Notes under the pieces: model-generated
The model's input: only the letters and a program-made list of their open reading frames with translations
What the model was told of the DNA's origin: nothing
Database searches by the model: none
In this document: piece by piece, positions 61,363 through 64,000 of the stretch
Layout: every line of letters starts with the position of its first letter
Position numbering within the stretch: position 1 is the first letter of the stretch
Assembly: GCA_950097015.1 (NCBI GenBank)
Contig: CATNEN010000025.1
Location: forward strand, 4,774,001 to 4,838,000
DNA: 64,000 nt
Direction of reading: 5' to 3'
From: Macrostomum hystrix
Lineage: Eukaryota > Animalia > Platyhelminthes
Made by a program: the position numbers and the translations under genes

Positions 61363-64000
61363 CATTGGCAGGTCACTCTGACAAGGATTCGATTGACAGG
61401 TCACTCTGACAAGGATACGATTGGCAGGTCACTCTGACAAGGATTCGATTGACAGGTCACTCTGACAAGGATTCGATTGACAGGTCACTCTGACAAGGAT
61501 ACGATTGGCAGGTCACTCTGACAAGGATTCGATTGACAGGTCACTCTGACAAGGATTCGATTGACAGGTCACTCTGACAAGGATACGATTGGCAGGTCAC
61601 TCTGACAAGGATTCGATTGACAGGTCACTCTGACAAGGATTCGATTGACAGGTCACTCTGACTGGGATACGATTGACATGTCACTCTGACAAGGATTCGA
61701 TTGACAGGTCACTCTGACTAGGATTCGATTGACAGGTCACTCTGATTAGGATTCGATTGACAGGTCACTCGGACAAGGATACGATTGACAGGTCACTCTG
61801 ACAAGGATACGATTGACAGGTCACCCTGACAAGGATACGATTGACAGGTCACTCTGACAAGGATACGATTGACAGGTCACTCTGACAAGGATTCGATTGA
61901 CAGGTCACTCTGACAAGGATTCGATTGACAGGTCACTCTGACAAGGATTCGATTGACAGATCACTCTGAGTGGGATACGATTGACAGGTCACTCTGACAA
62001 GGATTCGATTGACAGGTCACTCTGACAAGGATTCGATTGACAGGTCACTCTGACAAGGATTCGATTGACAGGTCACTCTGACTAGGATACGATTGACAGG
62101 TCACTCTGAGTGGGATACGATTGACAGGTCACTCTGACAAGGATTCGATTGACAGGTCACTCTGACAAGGATTCGATTGACAGGTCACTCTGACAAGGAT
62201 ACGATTGACAGGTCACTCTGACAAGGATTCGATTGGCAGGTCACTCTGACAAGGATACGATTGACAGGTCACTCTGACAAGGATACGATTGACAGGTCAC
62301 CCTGACAAGGATACGATTGACAGGTCACTCTGACAAGGATTCGATTGACAGGTCACTCTGACAAGGATTCGATTGGCAGGTCACTCTGACAAGGATACGA
62401 TTGACAGGTCACTCTGACAAGGATACGATTGACAGGTCACCCTGACAAGGATACGATTGACAGGTCACTCTGACAAGGATTCGATTGGCAGGTCACTCTG
62501 ACAAGGATTCGATTGACAGGTCACTCTGACAAGGATACGATTGACAGGTCACCCTGACAAGGATACGATTGACAGGTCACTCTGACAAGGATTCGATTGG
62601 CAGGTCACTCTGACAAGGATTCGATTGACAGGTCACTCTGACAAGGATACGATTGACAGGTCACTCTGACAAGGATTCGATTGACAGGTCACTCTGACAA
62701 GGATTCGATTGGCAGGTCACTCTGACAAGGATACGATTGACAGGTCACTCTGACAAGGATACGATTGACAGGTCACCCTGACAAGGATACGATTGACAGG
62801 TCACTCTGACAAGGATTCGATTGGCAGGTCACTCTGACAAGGATTCGATTGACAGGTCACTCTGACAAGGATACGATTGACAGGTCACCCTGACAAGGAT
62901 ACGATTGACAGGTCACTCTGACAAGGATTCGATTGGCAGGTCACTCTGACAAGGATTCGATTGACAGGTCACTCTGACAAGGATACGATTGACAGGTCAC
63001 TCTGACAAGGATTCGATTGACAGGTCACTCTGACAAGGATTCGATTGACAGGTCACTCTGACATGGATACGATTGACATGTCACTCTGACTAGGATACGA
63101 TTGACAGGTCACTCTGACTAGGATTCGATTGACAGGTCACTCTGACAAGGATACGATTGACAGGTCACTCTGACAAGGATTCGATTGACAGGTCACTCTG
63201 ACAAGGATTCGATTGACAGGTCACTCTGACAAGGATTCGATTGACAGGTCACTCTGACAAGGATACGATTGACAGGTCACTCTGAGTGGGATACGATTGA
63301 CAGGTCACTCTGACAAGGATTCGATTGACAGGTCACTCTGACAAGGATTCGATTGACAGGTCACTCTGACAAGGATACGATTGACAGGTCACTCTCACAA
63401 GGATTCGATTGGCAGGTCACTCTGACAAGGATACGATTGACAGGTCACTCTGACAAGGATACGATTGACAGGTCACCCTGACAAGGATACGATTGACAGG
63501 TCACTCTGACAAGGATTCGATTGACAGGTCACTCTGACAAGGATTCGATTGGCATGTCACTCTGACAAGGATACGATTGACATGTCACTCTGACTAGGAT
63601 TCGATTGACAGGTCACTCTGACAAGGATACGATTGACAGGTCACTCTGAGTGGGATACGATTGACAGGTCACTCTGACTAGGATTCGATTGACAGGTCAC
63701 TCTGACAAGGATACGATTGACAGGTCACTCTGAGTGGGATACGATTGACAGGTCACTCTGACTGGGATACGATTGACATGTCACTCTGACTGGGATACGA
63801 TTGACAGGTCACTCTGACTAGGATACGATTGACAGGTCACTCTGAGTGGGATACGATTGACAGGTCACTCTGACTAGGATTCGATTGACAGGTCACTCTG
63901 ACTGGGATACGATTGACATGTCACTCTGACTGGGATACGATTGACAGGTCACTCTGACTAGGATACGATTGACAGGCCACTCTGACAAGGATTCGATTGA
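61363..64000. repeat. 28-bp minisatellite (CAGGTCACTCTGACAAGGAT[T/A]CGATTGA)n, runs off window end
   Basis: Period 28 (61369 to 61397), more than 90 units. Confidence 0.98.

Noticed and set aside
57697-64000. CRISPR-like arrays (28-43-bp repeats)
   Set aside because: Units are head-to-tail with no unique spacers, there are no cas genes, and the context is eukaryotic.

Overview
Eukaryotic (metazoan) genomic DNA with spliceosomal GT-AG introns. By my rough sum about 40% of the window is tandem repeat, from more than 20 unrelated micro/minisatellite families. This repeat style and the polyQ/polyA-rich exons suggest a free-living flatworm such as Macrostomum; that is an inference, not verified. 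I could reconstruct four spliced genes with phase-consistent junctions. They are a divergent class-A GPCR (+, 3 exons, 4462-17000, 11-kb repeat-filled first intron), a protein with a C-terminal Par6/KIAA1614-type PDZ domain (-, 26057-27496), JKAMP (-, 44243-46272) and a divergent PRRC2/BAT2 homologue (+, 7 coding exons, 52154-56821). There is also the last exon of a tail-anchored, possibly KASH-like protein (-, 60878-61270) and one intact tRNA-Gln(CTG). Mobile DNA comprises two tRNA-derived SINE families, an internally deleted Helitron with a nested hAT-type MITE (8-bp TSD), a foldback MITE, mariner-like ends and a 3.5-kb foldback-like structure with satellite arms. Nearly all long ORFs in the supplied track are stop-free frames of tandem repeats, not genes. 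I found no clearly new biological system. The best leads are a minisatellite sitting in-frame and possibly alternatively spliced in PRRC2, the satellite-armed foldback, the KASH-like tail, and tandem arrays that appear to grow out of SINEs.
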